Positions 23,011 through 34,000 of a DNA stretch of 64,000 nucleotides are shown here, piece by piece. The DNA comes from Rhodospirillales bacterium (GTDB taxonomy: Bacteria > Pseudomonadota > Alphaproteobacteria > Bin95). The stretch covers positions 1,696,894-1,760,893 of the forward strand of contig JAYQLI010000035.1 of the NCBI GenBank assembly GCA_038143065.1, written 5' to 3'. Made by a program: the position numbers and the translations under genes. The notes below the pieces were generated by a model, which saw nothing but the letters and a program-made list of their open reading frames with translations, ran no database searches and was not told the origin of the DNA. The first letter of the stretch is position 1. The number at the start of each line of letters is the position of its first letter.

Positions 23011-23975
23011 CTACTTCAAGGCAATTTTAGAAAGGCGTTCTGTTAATTTCATAGCTTCATTCATAATTTCGCGGATGACCTCACCTGCGGGCTTTACGCA
23101 AGCTGGATCATTCAACATGCCCGCAATCTGACCAACAACGGCCTGATGTTGACCATCATATGTGTCATCTTGATGACGGCCCTTCCTGACGATCCGTTGA
23201 AGGCGCTTTAACTCGTCTTCCGCAGCTCCAGAAAGCCTCGCAGCCTCAAAGGCCTTTACTTCAGGGGTTGCAAACGCACGGACTGTTTTTCCCGTCAGGC
23301 TTTTCGAGACAATTGTCTCTTCCTCACTTATTTTCAAAATTGCATCTGAATACCAGCGACCTCCTGCACTCTCAGTCGTACAAATCAGTCGAGTGCCAAG
23401 TTGAACTCCTGCAGCACCCATAGCCATCGCCGCAAGGAAACCCCTTGCGTCACCAATTCCACCAGCAGCGACCACTGGCACCTTCACTGCATCAATTACC
23501 ATTGGCAACAAAGGCAAGGTTGCCACCGAACCTACGTGACCACCCGCCTCAGACCCTGACGCTACAATCGCATCAGCCCCCTCCGCCTCCAACCTCAGAG
23601 CGTGTCGGACGGTAGGCACAACGGGTATCACCTTTATGCCAACGTTTCTAAGATCACTAACAGCACGAGGACCCGGATCACCGAGACCAGTTGTAACGAC
23701 TGACACTTTCATGTCGATGCAAATAGCAGCCCTTCTTTCAGTAAATTTGGCGCCTAAGGGTGTTATGTTTACGCCGAAAGGCTTTTAGTCAGGGCCTGCG
23801 TCTCTTCAATTTGTCGAACAAGGTCCTCTTCGCGCTCTCCGTAGGTTGGTAAAACGCCAAGACCACCTGCCTCTGAAACTGCCGCTACAAGCTTGGGTTT
23901 ACCCGCGCCTTGCATAGCGCCTTGCAGGATTGGAAACTCAATCTCAAGGAGATCACATAATTCTGTATGAAACAT
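23011..23975 (-). CDS. Nitronate monooxygenase / FabK-like flavoprotein, frameshifted near 23785
   Basis: LCDLLEIEFPILQGAM, AVSEAGGLG, GSEAGGH, AAGGIGDARG, VQLGTR. Confidence 0.88.
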
Positions 23976-24131
23976 ATCCTCAACCGATTGGACTTGTTGG
24001 TTACACCAGTATATCTCCAACATCGTCGTGAATGGGAGTTTTATAGATGTCTAGCATGGAAATACGGGAGCGATGTCCGGCGGCCTGATATTTTATCAAC
24101 CGCCTTCTCCGCTTTAGGAAAATAATCAACG

Positions 24132-25472
24132 ATGCAGCTCTACAATTCTCTAGCCGCCGAAAAACAGACTTTTGAACCGGCAGACCCAAGTCGCGTAACG
24201 ATGTACGTGTGCGGGCCCACGGTCTACAACTTTGCACATATCGGTAATGCTAGGCCCGCAGTCGTCTTTGACTTGCTCTACCGCCTTCTCCGCCGACGCT
24301 TCGGTCCCGAGCACGTGGTCTACGCCCGAAATATTACGGACATTGACGATAAAATGATGGCCGCTGCCAAGGAAAGGGGAATAAAAACTTCAGATGTGGC
24401 TGCTGAATTCGAAGCAGCTTATCTGGCAGACATGGGCGCCTTGGGCGTGATGGCGCCAGACATCGATCCTCACTGCACGCACCACGTCCCCGAAATGATT
24501 GCCATGGCGGAAACTTTGATCGCCAAGGGCCACGCCTACGAGGCTGAGGGCCATGTTTTATTCAGCGTTCCTTCCTTTGACGACTATGGAAATCTCTCCA
24601 GACGCAGTCGAGATGAACAGGTGGCAGGCGCTCGCGTTGAAGTAGCACCCTTCAAACGTGATCCAGCTGATTTCGTTCTATGGAAGCCAAGTAGTGACGA
24701 TCAGGATGGATGGGAGAGCCCGTGGGGTCGAGGACGGCCAGGTTGGCATCTAGAGTGTTCGGCAATGGCCGAGAAACACCTTGGCGATGTAATCGATATT
24801 CACGGCGGCGGGGCAGATCTGAAGTTTCCCCATCACGAAAATGAGATCGCCCAAAGTCGATGTGCTCACGGGGCTGACGCGTTTGCGCGATACTGGATGC
24901 ACAACGGCTTCGTGAATGTCGATGCTGAAAAAATGTCAAAATCAATAGGCAACGTTTTGCTCGCCAGGGATTTATTGAATGAGGCTCCAGGTGAAGCGAT
25001 CCGATGGGCATTACTCTCTGCCCATTATCGTCAACCTCTTGATTGGAGCGACACACTGCTTAACCAATCGAAGCGTAATTTGGACAGGCTCTATCGTACG
25101 ATGGATGGCCTTCCTGAGGGTGCTACAGCAGAGCCACCAGCAGCCGTCCTCGCCGCTTTAGAAGATGATCTCAACACGCCCGCCGCCTTCGCGGCTTTGT
25201 TTCAGTTCGCACGAACGGCAAAAACGGCTGAAGACAGAGCAGCAATAAGAGCAGCTGGTGACCTCTTAGGCGTCCTTCAGGAAACTCCTTCAGAGTGGTT
25301 ATCAGGAGGTGCAAAGGTCGATCCAGCTGAAATAGAGCGATTAATAGAAGAGCGCCTTGAAGCACGTAAATCAAAAGACTTTGCAACTGCCGACCGCATA
25401 CGCGATGAACTTGCCGCCAAAGGCGTTGTCTTGGAGGACGGCGCTGGAGGAACGACTTGGCGGGTTGGATAA
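24132..25472 (+). CDS. cysS: Cysteine--tRNA ligase
   Basis: [46 protein letters not shown]. Confidence 0.97.
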   Translation: MQLYNSLAAEKQTFEPADPSRVTMYVCGPTVYNFAHIGNARPAVVFDLLYRLLRRRFGPEHVVYARNITDIDDKMMAAAKERGIKTSDVAAEFEAAYLADMGALGVMAPDIDPHCTHHVPEMIAMAETLIAKGHAYEAEGHVLFSVPSFDDYGNLSRRSRDEQVAGARVEVAPFKRDPADFVLWKPSSDDQDGWESPWGRGRPGWHLECSAMAEKHLGDVIDIHGGGADLKFPHHENEIAQSRCAHGADAFARYWMHNGFVNVDAEKMSKSIGNVLLARDLLNEAPGEAIRWALLSAHYRQPLDWSDTLLNQSKRNLDRLYRTMDGLPEGATAEPPAAVLAALEDDLNTPAAFAALFQFARTAKTAEDRAAIRAAGDLLGVLQETPSEWLSGGAKVDPAEIERLIEERLEARKSKDFATADRIRDELAAKGVVLEDGAGGTTWRVG

Positions 25473-25585
25473 ACCGTTAATGAATCATCGCGCTGGACTA
25501 AAAACTCTAGCCACACCCCGCAGCCCCTAGCATCTAAACCCACCATGAGAGATGATCATCTCGGATCACGAGAGGAACATTTTTC

Positions 25586-26353
25586 ATGGACATAAAAGGC
25601 AAGACGGTAATCGTGACGGGGGCAGGATCTGGGATCGGCTTTGCCCTCTCAAAAGCGCTGATTGCTGGTGGCGCAAAAGGCGTAGCAATGGCCGACTTAA
25701 ACGCGGAAAATCTCAAAATTAAAGCTTCAGAAATCGGCGGCCTAGCAATTCCGACAGATGTTTCAGACGAGGCAGCGGTTATAGCCCTTGTAGACAAGGC
25801 TGAAGCAGAAATTGGACCCGTTGACCTTTTCATCTCAAATGCCGGCATTAGTCCTAAGCCGGTTCGTGACGACAATGAACATTGGGACCAGCAGTTCCGC
25901 GTTCACGTAATGGGACACGTCTTCGCCGCTCGCACAACTGCCCCAAGAATGGCGGCCCGTGGGGGCGGCAAACTCGTCAATGTCGCATCAGCGGCAGGAA
26001 TGCTGATGCAAATGAATTCGGCCGTTTACACGGCAACAAAGCATGCAGCTTTGGGGCTCGCAGAGTGGCTGGCAGTCGAGTGGAAGCCAAAAGGCGTATC
26101 CGTCTCAGTCGTCTGTCCACTGAGGGTCTCAACGCCAATGACAGACGGGATGCCAGATTCAGGCACCGTGCGAGATGGCGTTATCTCGGCAGATGATGCA
26201 GCAGAAACAATTCTTGAAGGCATCGCAGATGACCGTTTCATGATCCTCACGCATCCAACTGCCGGCATGTATTGGGCAAAAAAAGCCGCCGACCCAGAAA
26301 GATGGATCGACGGCATGTCTAAGCTAAAGCAGAAAATTTCAGGCGGTAATTAA
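25586..26353 (+). CDS. Short-chain dehydrogenase/reductase
   Basis: TGAGSGIG, SNAG, ASAAG, YTATK. Confidence 0.92.
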   Translation: MDIKGKTVIVTGAGSGIGFALSKALIAGGAKGVAMADLNAENLKIKASEIGGLAIPTDVSDEAAVIALVDKAEAEIGPVDLFISNAGISPKPVRDDNEHWDQQFRVHVMGHVFAARTTAPRMAARGGGKLVNVASAAGMLMQMNSAVYTATKHAALGLAEWLAVEWKPKGVSVSVVCPLRVSTPMTDGMPDSGTVRDGVISADDAAETILEGIADDRFMILTHPTAGMYWAKKAADPERWIDGMSKLKQKISGGN

Positions 26354-26368
26354 ACCGCCTTATGATCG

Positions 26369-27432
26369 TTAAACGACGGCCACTCCATTTGCCGGGGAGC
26401 CAACAGCGCCCGGCAAGCGGATTGGTGGACAAACAGCAAAAAACTTGCTGCGCTTATTAGCCTTCAGGAACTGCGCCAGCTCCGTCAAAAACCAAATTTC
26501 ACCGAGGGGGACGCCGAGCTTAAAGAGGCAGTGCTGGTGCAGAGGGCTATTTGCGTATGTTTTGCCTGGAGCTGGACGCGCAGGGCTCTGCTCAACTGCA
26601 TAATTGTCTGCAATCATCGCAGCAACACCCGAATCAGTGATCCACTGAAGGAGTTTGTCGTCACGGCCATCAAGCGTCGCGCACGACTGATGCATCTGCT
26701 CGTGCGTAGGGTTCTTGCCTGCTTCTAGGATCACATCCGCAAAGCCCGTGTAAAAAAACATCAAGTCCCCAGCCTCAGGATGTGCATCTTGATCATCCAT
26801 AGCCTTCATCAGCATGTCGTAAGTTACGAGTTTGCGCTCCCGCCCAACGACATCAAATAGATTTACAAGATTACCTCTTCCAACAACGCCGTGCTCTGCA
26901 AAGGTATCGATACCCAATTTCCGAGCGCCCATTGGGCGTTCTTCTGGAGTACTTGAACCATCATCGTTGTAGATGACGGGACCAATAACATCCTCTCCGC
27001 CCTTGTAACCGTTGTAGTATCGGATCTCTGGGATCCCGTCCTCATCCGCATCAAATAACTGTCCCATATGGGCAAAACTGTCCCACTGAGAGGAGTATTG
27101 AAGTGTCATAGTTACCCTGTCATCGCAGCCAACATCGATATGAGCAGGGTTGTCCATCTTCAGGGGGTAATTGTAGCGAGGCGTACCGGATCCGCATCAA
27201 CTGTAGGTTCTAATTTTGGAGGAAAGCGGCGAGGGTTCAGCACATTACCGCCAGGATAATCTAGCGGCAGAGACAAGCAGAAACGCTGACCCGTCGTGAT
27301 TTCCTTGGCCGCTTTAAGAACAGCATCGGATGTCAAAAGGTTCAAGCGACCAAGTTGGTCGTCAGGACCCCAATCTCCCCAGGTCGAGCCTTCCGGGCGG
27401 CGGGTCCAACGAGGATTTGTAGGCTGGCTCAT
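26369..27432 (-). CDS. Cyclase family (kynurenine formamidase-like) metal hydrolase, frameshifted near 27185
   Basis: STWGDWGPDDQLGRLNLL, LQYSSQWDSFAH, ADNYAVE, LGVPLGEIW, PGAVGSP. Confidence 0.87.
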
Positions 27433-27566
27433 TTAACGCTTCCTTTTAATGCAATTTAAGCAACAGTCTTGCGCCATAAAATGGACAAGACAATGGGGTA
27501 ATATCTGCGATTAGATCACCCTATACTGCTTTAGCAGCCCGTTGCTTGAGATGCTTTATTTTTACC

Positions 27567-28831
27567 TCAAGGAGCGATGGAAATTGCCTTCTCAAAAAAG
27601 TCAGGGGCGCCAAAATTTCCTGACTTAAGCGCGAGGGCCAACGGCTGACCAACGGCTGAACACCAAGGAACTCCAGGGTCAATTTCCCTGCCAATTCGAA
27701 GGGCCTCCACACCAAGGCGCTGAACTACAGCCCCTGAAGTTTCACCGCCAGCAACAACGAGACGCCGCGCGCCCAATTCACAAAGCCCCGCAGCGACTGC
27801 TGCCAGGGCCTCTTCAACCAGGGCCCCCGCCTTGTCGCGGCCTATCTTAGCCTGGGCGGCACGAACTGCCTCTGGCTCAGCAGTCGCGTAAACTAGCAGA
27901 GGTCCATCCGCCAACTTTGAACTAGCCCAGACTAGCGCCTCGGTAGCCAGATCTCGTCCCTCAGCTAATGCTAGTGGGTCTATCTGAAATGCTGGGTGCT
28001 TTTCTTTAAATAAGCGTACCTGCTCGTTGGTAGCCCGACTACAACTTCCAGAAATTACAGCACTCATTCCCCCTACTTCAGGCAACTCTACTGCTGCACC
28101 AGTAGGCTCGAAAAGGCCAGCCGCCTCCAAGGCTGAAGGAATACCCACTGCAAGTCCTGAGCCCCCGTTAGCAGGGGATGATCAACTGAAGCTTCAGCAA
28201 GTACCCTCAAGTCTTCTTCATCTGTCGCATCAGCAATTACGAGTGATTTGCCTTCACTCAAAAGTGTTTTGAGCGCTGCTTCAACTGCATCCGAGCCCTT
28301 CCGAATAGATCGGTAGTCAACCAAGCCCACTTCCCGCTTCGATTGAGATGCTAGCACTCTGACAAGGCTTGCATCCGTCATAGGCGTTAAAGGGTGATCC
28401 TGCATTCCACTCTCATTAAGCAGGACATCACCCGCAAAAAGATAGCCCTTGAAAACAGTTCTCCCATTCTCCGGGAAAGCGGGGCAGGCAATAGCTTGTT
28501 GAGCCTCCAGTGCATCCATCAAAGCCTCAGCGACGGGGCCTATGTTCCCGCTTTCGGTAGAATCGAATGTTGAGCAGTACTTAAAATAGAAACGCTTAGC
28601 ACCGCCCGCCTGAAGCCATTTCAAAGCGTCAAGAGACTGCTGAATTGCATCCTCACGAGGGATTGTTCGCGATTTAAGGGCAACAATGATCGCGTCAGCT
28701 TCAATCTCGGAAGCTGGTTGCGTGGGCACGCCAATCGTTTGAACGGCTCTCATTCCAAAGCGCGCCAGCATTCCAGCTAGATCCGTTGCCCCCGTGAAGT
28801 CATCCGCTATACAACCAAGCACAACGGTCAT
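27567..28831 (-). CDS. otnK: 3-oxo-tetronate kinase (four-carbon acid sugar kinase), frameshifted near 28165
   Basis: LGCIADDFTGATD, FKYCSTFDST..GNIG, SGSCS, AGGETSG, LKSGNFG; adjacent to ltnD. Confidence 0.88.
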
Positions 28832-29730
28832 GATTTTTCTCCTTCACCCTCTGGAAGATCAATGCCAGTAAGTTTCTGAAAAACCTTAATCACGGCACTA
28901 TCGTTTTCTCGGCCATGCCCGCCAGCACTTGCAGCTAAAAACTGCTGGTGCGCGGTAGCTGCTAGCGGCAGTGGGAAGGTCATGTTGCGTCCCGCATCCA
29001 GCACGATACCAAGATCCTTCACGAAGATATTAACAGCACTCTTAGGCTGGTAATCGCCGTCAAGGATACTTGGACCACGGTTCTGGAACATCCAAGAGCC
29101 GCCTGCAGAATTACAAATCACTTCATAAACAGTGTTTAGGTCAGCACCTGAGCGAGATGCCAGAGCAAAGGCCTCCGCCATAGCCGCGATGTGAACGCCA
29201 GCGAGAAGTTGATTGATCATCTTTACAACGGAGCCCTGCCCCGCCTGATCACCCAATTGGTAAACCTTCTCAGAAATAGCATCCAGAAGAGGCCGCGCTT
29301 TCTCAAAGGCCTCTTTTGGCCCAGAGGCCATCACGGTCATTTCTCCAGCTGCAGCCTTCACAGCACCACCAGAAACGGGCGCATCCAAGAAAAGCAGTCC
29401 CATTGCCCCCAAGCGTTCGGAAAGTTTTGGCGGAAAATCTGGAGGGCTCGTAGCGCTAGCAAGAACAACAGCGCCTGGTGCAAGAACTGCCGCCGCACCA
29501 TTTTCACCGAAAAGAGCATCTTCCATTTGCTGGGCATTTATGACGAGAAGCAGCACTGCATCTGCAGGGCCAATTTCCACGGGCGTCGAAACGGCCTTGC
29601 CACCGCCAGCCTCAAAAGCGGCTCGCGCCTCAGAAAACACATCACAACCAATAATATCCAAACCAGCGGCGAGGCAGGATTTGGCAGCCCCCATCCCCAT
29701 CGCGCCTAATCCAATGACACCAACTCGCAT
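28828..29730 (-). CDS. ltnD: L-threonate dehydrogenase (3-hydroxyisobutyrate dehydrogenase family)
   Basis: GLGAMGMG, LDAPVSGG, KMINQLLAGVHIA, KSAVNIFVKDLGIV. Confidence 0.85.
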   Translation of the reverse strand: MRVGVIGLGAMGMGAAKSCLAAGLDIIGCDVFSEARAAFEAGGGKAVSTPVEIGPADAVLLLVINAQQMEDALFGENGAAAVLAPGAVVLASATSPPDFPPKLSERLGAMGLLFLDAPVSGGAVKAAAGEMTVMASGPKEAFEKARPLLDAISEKVYQLGDQAGQGSVVKMINQLLAGVHIAAMAEAFALASRSGADLNTVYEVICNSAGGSWMFQNRGPSILDGDYQPKSAVNIFVKDLGIVLDAGRNMTFPLPLAATAHQQFLAASAGGHGRENDSAVIKVFQKLTGIDLPEGEGEKS

Positions 29731-29734
29731 AATC

Positions 29735-30454
29735 TTATCCTTCTCTACCCTGCGCTCTCAGGTAACCGTTACGAAAACGCTCGCGCTCCTCTGGATCATA
29801 AATTCCAGCCGGCCGCTTTCGCGTCGCAAGGGTTGCGTAATATGGAGCACGCTCAATTAAAAAGTCATCCAGCATTTTTGAAAGTGCTGCCGTTGGCTCA
29901 TCCGCATCATCCACACGCAGGTCGATCCACGGCCAATGCTCCGACGTGACAATCTTTATTGCTGCGGATTGCTTGCCCCTCCTATCACCACCAGCCTCTT
30001 CGCCAGCGATCAGTGCATCAAGGAGCCTACGAGCAAAAGGCTTGTCGCCCCCACTGCTCCATACGGCCAATGTTTCAGATACAACTTCTGGTCGTTCCAA
30101 CATATTCCCAGCGACGGAGACACCATCCCCCAACAAATGTCCGCACCAATCAATGCACTGGGAACCCGTGAATGCAAAAGCGTTTCCCTCTGCATCTACA
30201 CCGTGAACCTGACGCCAAGCATGTCCTTCATCTGCCGCCGTTACAGAATTGATTGCTGCCTTAACACTCTCTCCACTTAGCACCCGCTCCAAAATAAGGG
30301 GCCCGTATAGGGGATTAGTTAGGGATTGGGTGGATATCGCGCCTACGCCGGCCTTCACCCACGGACAAAGGGAACCGACTGCCAGCACCTTTGATGCGGC
30401 AGCTACGCCAAAGCCGCCTGTAGCGGCATCTTTTGCAACGATGGACCAAGTCAT
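29735..30454 (-). CDS. DUF1028 family (Ntn-hydrolase-like) protein
   Basis: Start MTWSIVAKD..TG.FGVA at 30454; VAGNML, AGGDRRGKQSAA, DLRVDD. Confidence 0.88.
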   Translation of the reverse strand: MTWSIVAKDAATGGFGVAAASKVLAVGSLCPWVKAGVGAISTQSLTNPLYGPLILERVLSGESVKAAINSVTAADEGHAWRQVHGVDAEGNAFAFTGSQCIDWCGHLLGDGVSVAGNMLERPEVVSETLAVWSSGGDKPFARRLLDALIAGEEAGGDRRGKQSAAIKIVTSEHWPWIDLRVDDADEPTAALSKMLDDFLIERAPYYATLATRKRPAGIYDPEERERFRNGYLRAQGREG

Positions 30455-30505
30455 AGTCTCCCGCATACGATGGACATCAAACACCCGCAAGCTGGAGTTT
30501 GCCCG

Positions 30506-31380
30506 ATGGCAGAACAATTTGGTCTTTCTGATGATGAATACTTCTCGCGCAAGACAGTCTATCGAGATGATCTCTTCGAGGGACAAGTCGTTGTTGTGAC
30601 TGGCGCTGGCTCTGGACTTGGCAGAGCAACGGCAATTCTATTTGCCCGCCTTGGAGCTAAGGTGATCACATGCGGACGCGACCAAGAAAAACTCAAGGAT
30701 GCTGCAGAAGGTTTTGCTAAAAACGGAAAGCTTCTTGAAACCTCTGCCCTTTCGATTCGCGACGTAGATGCAGTTGACACCTTCATAAACGACGTATTCG
30801 AATGCCATGGTCGCCTGGATGTACTTGTAAACAATGCTGGCGGTCAGTTCCCCTTGGCCGCAAACAAAATTTCGCCAAATGGTTGGCGGGCAGTCATCGA
30901 TACAAACCTAAATGGCACGTGGAACATGATGCAGGCGGCTGCTCGTCAGTGGCAAAGCACTAAGATAAGCGGGAATGTCATCAACATAGTTGCTGATATT
31001 TGGCGCGGCATGCCGCAAATGGCGCACACAGCCGCCGCGCGCGCGGGAGTGATTTATGCCTCTAAGACGGTTGCAGTAGAGTGGGCAGAGTTGGGCGTGC
31101 GGGTGAACTGCCTCGCCCCAGGCTGCTGCGAAAGTTCAGCATTTGGCCGTTATCCACCGGCAGGTGCTGAAAGCTTCACGCAATCCAATCCAATGCTGCG
31201 GGCAGGCGACGAGTGGGATGTAGCGGAGGGTGCATCTATTTAGCATCAGATGCCGCTAAATTTGTGACGGGGGAAGTTTTAACCATCGATGGCGGGCAAC
31301 AACTTTGGGGAGATCCGTGGCCCGGCGGCAGACCCGAGCGATTTGAACTCGACTACTCGCGCTCTCGCATCGAAGATTGA
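30506..31380 (+). CDS. SDR, trans-2-enoyl-CoA/2,4-dienoyl-CoA reductase-like, frameshifted near 31230
   Basis: TGAGSGLG, NNAGGQF, HTAAARAG. The shifted frame continues IYLASDAAKFVTGEVLTIDGG to a TGA at 31380. Confidence 0.87.
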
Positions 31381-31500
31381 TTGTTAGGATTGCCTAACGA
31401 CAACATCTTACTTCACTAAATGGCATCAATGGGTTGCATTTAGCATGCCATTCATGGCCTCCTGAGTTTTCGAGTTTCAAATAAAGAAGGAAGAATAGAG

Positions 31501-31860
31501 ATGGCTATCCAAAGAATTGAAGTAACCACTGGACCTGGCCCTCGGATGAGCCGCTGCGTCGTCAATGGCGATACGGTCTACGTTTGCGGGCTAACAGCGT
31601 CCGACACGTCGGCAGATGTGAAGGGACAGACACAGCAGATCCTAGATAAAATTGACCATTACCTGAGCGAAGCGGGCACAGATAAATCAAAGCTCCTGCA
31701 GGCGCAGTTGTGGATTACCGATATGGCAAACTTTGCCGACATGAATTCAGTTTGGAATGCGTGGGTTGATCCAGAAAACCCGCCAGTTCGGGCATGCGTG
31801 AAGGCAGACCTTGCTCGCCCAGAAATCCTCGTCGAAATAATGGTAACGGCGACAAAATAA
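31501..31860 (+). CDS. RidA/YjgF family protein
   Basis: GPRMS, QTQQILDKID..L..AGTDKS, MNSVWNAW...PPVRACV...LVEI. Confidence 0.92.
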   Translation: MAIQRIEVTTGPGPRMSRCVVNGDTVYVCGLTASDTSADVKGQTQQILDKIDHYLSEAGTDKSKLLQAQLWITDMANFADMNSVWNAWVDPENPPVRACVKADLARPEILVEIMVTATK

Positions 31861-31885
31861 AAAGGCCAAAGGCGGAGTACGATAC

Positions 31886-34000
31886 ATGTATCGGGTTGGG
31901 GTTGATGTTGGCGGCACATTTACTGACGTAGTCGCCGTGCACGATGACGGCAGCGTAACGCTTGCAAAGGCCCCATCCACTCCAGAGGATCAATCCATTG
32001 GCGTTATGGCTGGCCTTGAAAGGCTAGCCGAACGCCTGAAAACAGACCTGCCCGGTCTATTCAAACAAACGGAGCGCATTGTTCACGGAGCTACCGTCGC
32101 CACCAATGCCTTACTAGAGCGAAAAGGCGCCAAGGTTGGACTGCTAACAACGGAAGGGCACCGCGACGTTTTAGAAATGCGGGAAGGCCTCAAACCTGAC
32201 AGATACAATCTGCGCATGCCGCCAGCACCGCCACTCATTCCGAGAAGGCGGCGCCTAGGCGTTGCAGAGCGGATGCGCCCCGATGGGCGGGTTGAAGTGC
32301 CGCTCGATGCGTCATCCTTGAAGACTGCCATTGAAACACTCAAACAGGATCAAGTTGAAGCAGTCGCGATTTGCTATCTTCACGCCTACAAAGACCCTTC
32401 CCACGAACAGGCAAGTGCTGACGCCGTTCGTGAAGCTATGCCTGGCGTCTATATAACCATCTCGTCAGACGTCCTACCTCAAATTAAAGAGTTCGAACGC
32501 GTCTCAACCACTGCCGTAAACGCTTACGTTGGACCCGCCGTTGGTCGATATCTTGGACAGCTAGAAAAACGCCTTCAGGCAGGCGGTTATATTGGTCCTG
32601 TACTAATTATTCTCTCCCACGGCGGCGTAGCACCCGTGGCAGATACAATACGCCTTGCAGCAGGCACAGTTCTCTCAGGTCCAGCTGGAGGAGTTGCCGG
32701 GGCGCGACGTTCAGCTGAATTGCTTGGAGTGCCAGACCTAATCCCCTTTGATATGGGAGGTACATCGACAGATATTTCCCTCATTTCAGGGGGTGAAGCG
32801 GCACTATCCTCCGACCGCGGTGTGGGTGGAGAGCGCGTTGCATTACCATCTCTGGACATTGTGTCGATTGCATCAGGCGGCGGCTCAATAGCGCGCGTGG
32901 ATGCGGGCGGCGTATTGCACGTTGGACCCGAAAGTGCAGGCGCAGTGCCAGGCCCCGCCTGCTACGGCAGGGGAGGCACGCAGCCAACCACAACCGACGC
33001 GAGTGTCGTTTTAGGCTTACTGGACGCTGAAAATTTCCCAGGCGGCGCCGCAACTCTAGACATGCCTGCTGCTGAGAAAGCCCTGGACGGGCTTGCAACA
33101 GCTTTAGATGTCGACCGCATGACGGCCGCCGAGGGCGTGCACCGCGTACTCAACACGACAATGGCCGAGGGAGTTCGATTAGTCTCCGTCCGAAGGGGCG
33201 TTGACCCAAGAAAATTTGCCCCTCTATCCTTTGGCGGTGCTGCCGGCGTTCACATCACTGAAATTGCCCGTGCCCTTGAAGTTAATCGAGTTTTTGCACC
33301 CAGAGTTGCCTCAGTGCTTTCCGCTTGGGGCATGCTTGCGACTGACCTCCGTTTCGAAGCAGCTCGCAGCCACATCGGAGATGCTAATGCTCTCGACGCT
33401 AATGGTTTAAAGGAGCTCTTCCGTGAACTAGAGGGGGAAGCGCGGGCCCGGCTAGAGCAGGCTGAATTTAAAGGCGAGGTAGTCATCAAACCATCCGCCG
33501 ACATGCGCTACGGGGAACAAATCTTTGAAATTGACGTGGCGCTGGATGGCTTAGACTTTAATGCTCCTAATCTAATGAGTGAGGTCGCGCGCCGTTTTCA
33601 TGCTCGCCATGAGGAATTATTCACCTACAGTCTGCCCGACCAAGAGCCCGTGCTCGTAAATGCGCGCGCCGCAGCCATTGGCGTCTTGCCCGCCCTTCCG
33701 CAAGAACCATCTGCACCGCCTTCAGAGAATGCTCCACCAAGAAGTCACCGTAAGGTTTATTTGAGCGGATCTTGGGTAGAAACACCTATTTATGATTTCG
33801 ACACACTGACTCCAGGGCAAAAAATTGACGGCCCCGCAATCGTCGAATCAGAAACAACTACAGTTGTGCTTCGAAGCGGTGACGAAGCCACCACAACGCC
33901 TTTTCGTTGGCTTGATATTGCCGTTGGAAAGGAAGAAAAAGGTGAGCGACGATCAACTGCCATGGCAGTGGCCAGAAGAAACTTGGCGGCCAATCGTTGA
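31886..34000 (+). CDS. Hydantoinase/oxoprolinase A subunit
   Basis: GVDVGGTFTD, HGATVATNALLE, LSGPAGG, DMGGTSTD, GPESAGAVPGPACYGRGG, DMRYGEQ. The true stop may be near 33945 if an A was lost in the run near 33936. Confidence 0.92.
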   Translation: MYRVGVDVGGTFTDVVAVHDDGSVTLAKAPSTPEDQSIGVMAGLERLAERLKTDLPGLFKQTERIVHGATVATNALLERKGAKVGLLTTEGHRDVLEMREGLKPDRYNLRMPPAPPLIPRRRRLGVAERMRPDGRVEVPLDASSLKTAIETLKQDQVEAVAICYLHAYKDPSHEQASADAVREAMPGVYITISSDVLPQIKEFERVSTTAVNAYVGPAVGRYLGQLEKRLQAGGYIGPVLIILSHGGVAPVADTIRLAAGTVLSGPAGGVAGARRSAELLGVPDLIPFDMGGTSTDISLISGGEAALSSDRGVGGERVALPSLDIVSIASGGGSIARVDAGGVLHVGPESAGAVPGPACYGRGGTQPTTTDASVVLGLLDAENFPGGAATLDMPAAEKALDGLATALDVDRMTAAEGVHRVLNTTMAEGVRLVSVRRGVDPRKFAPLSFGGAAGVHITEIARALEVNRVFAPRVASVLSAWGMLATDLRFEAARSHIGDANALDANGLKELFRELEGEARARLEQAEFKGEVVIKPSADMRYGEQIFEIDVALDGLDFNAPNLMSEVARRFHARHEELFTYSLPDQEPVLVNARAAAIGVLPALPQEPSAPPSENAPPRSHRKVYLSGSWVETPIYDFDTLTPGQKIDGPAIVESETTTVVLRSGDEATTTPFRWLDIAVGKEEKGERRSTAMAVARRNLAANR

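Noticed and set aside
25549-25562. 14-bp perfect palindrome GAGATGATCATCTC upstream of the SDR
   Set aside because: Single copy with no adjacent regulator; could be chance, so it is not called.
31421-31438. Sigma54 promoter upstream of the RidA gene (TGGCAT...TTGCA)
   Set aside because: The spacer is 7 nt rather than the strictly required 5.
33825-34000. Long genuine overlap between hydantoinase A and the deacetylase
   Set aside because: Homology starts near the GTG at 33942, and one extra A in the preceding run would stop the hydantoinase at an ordinary GTGA overlap.
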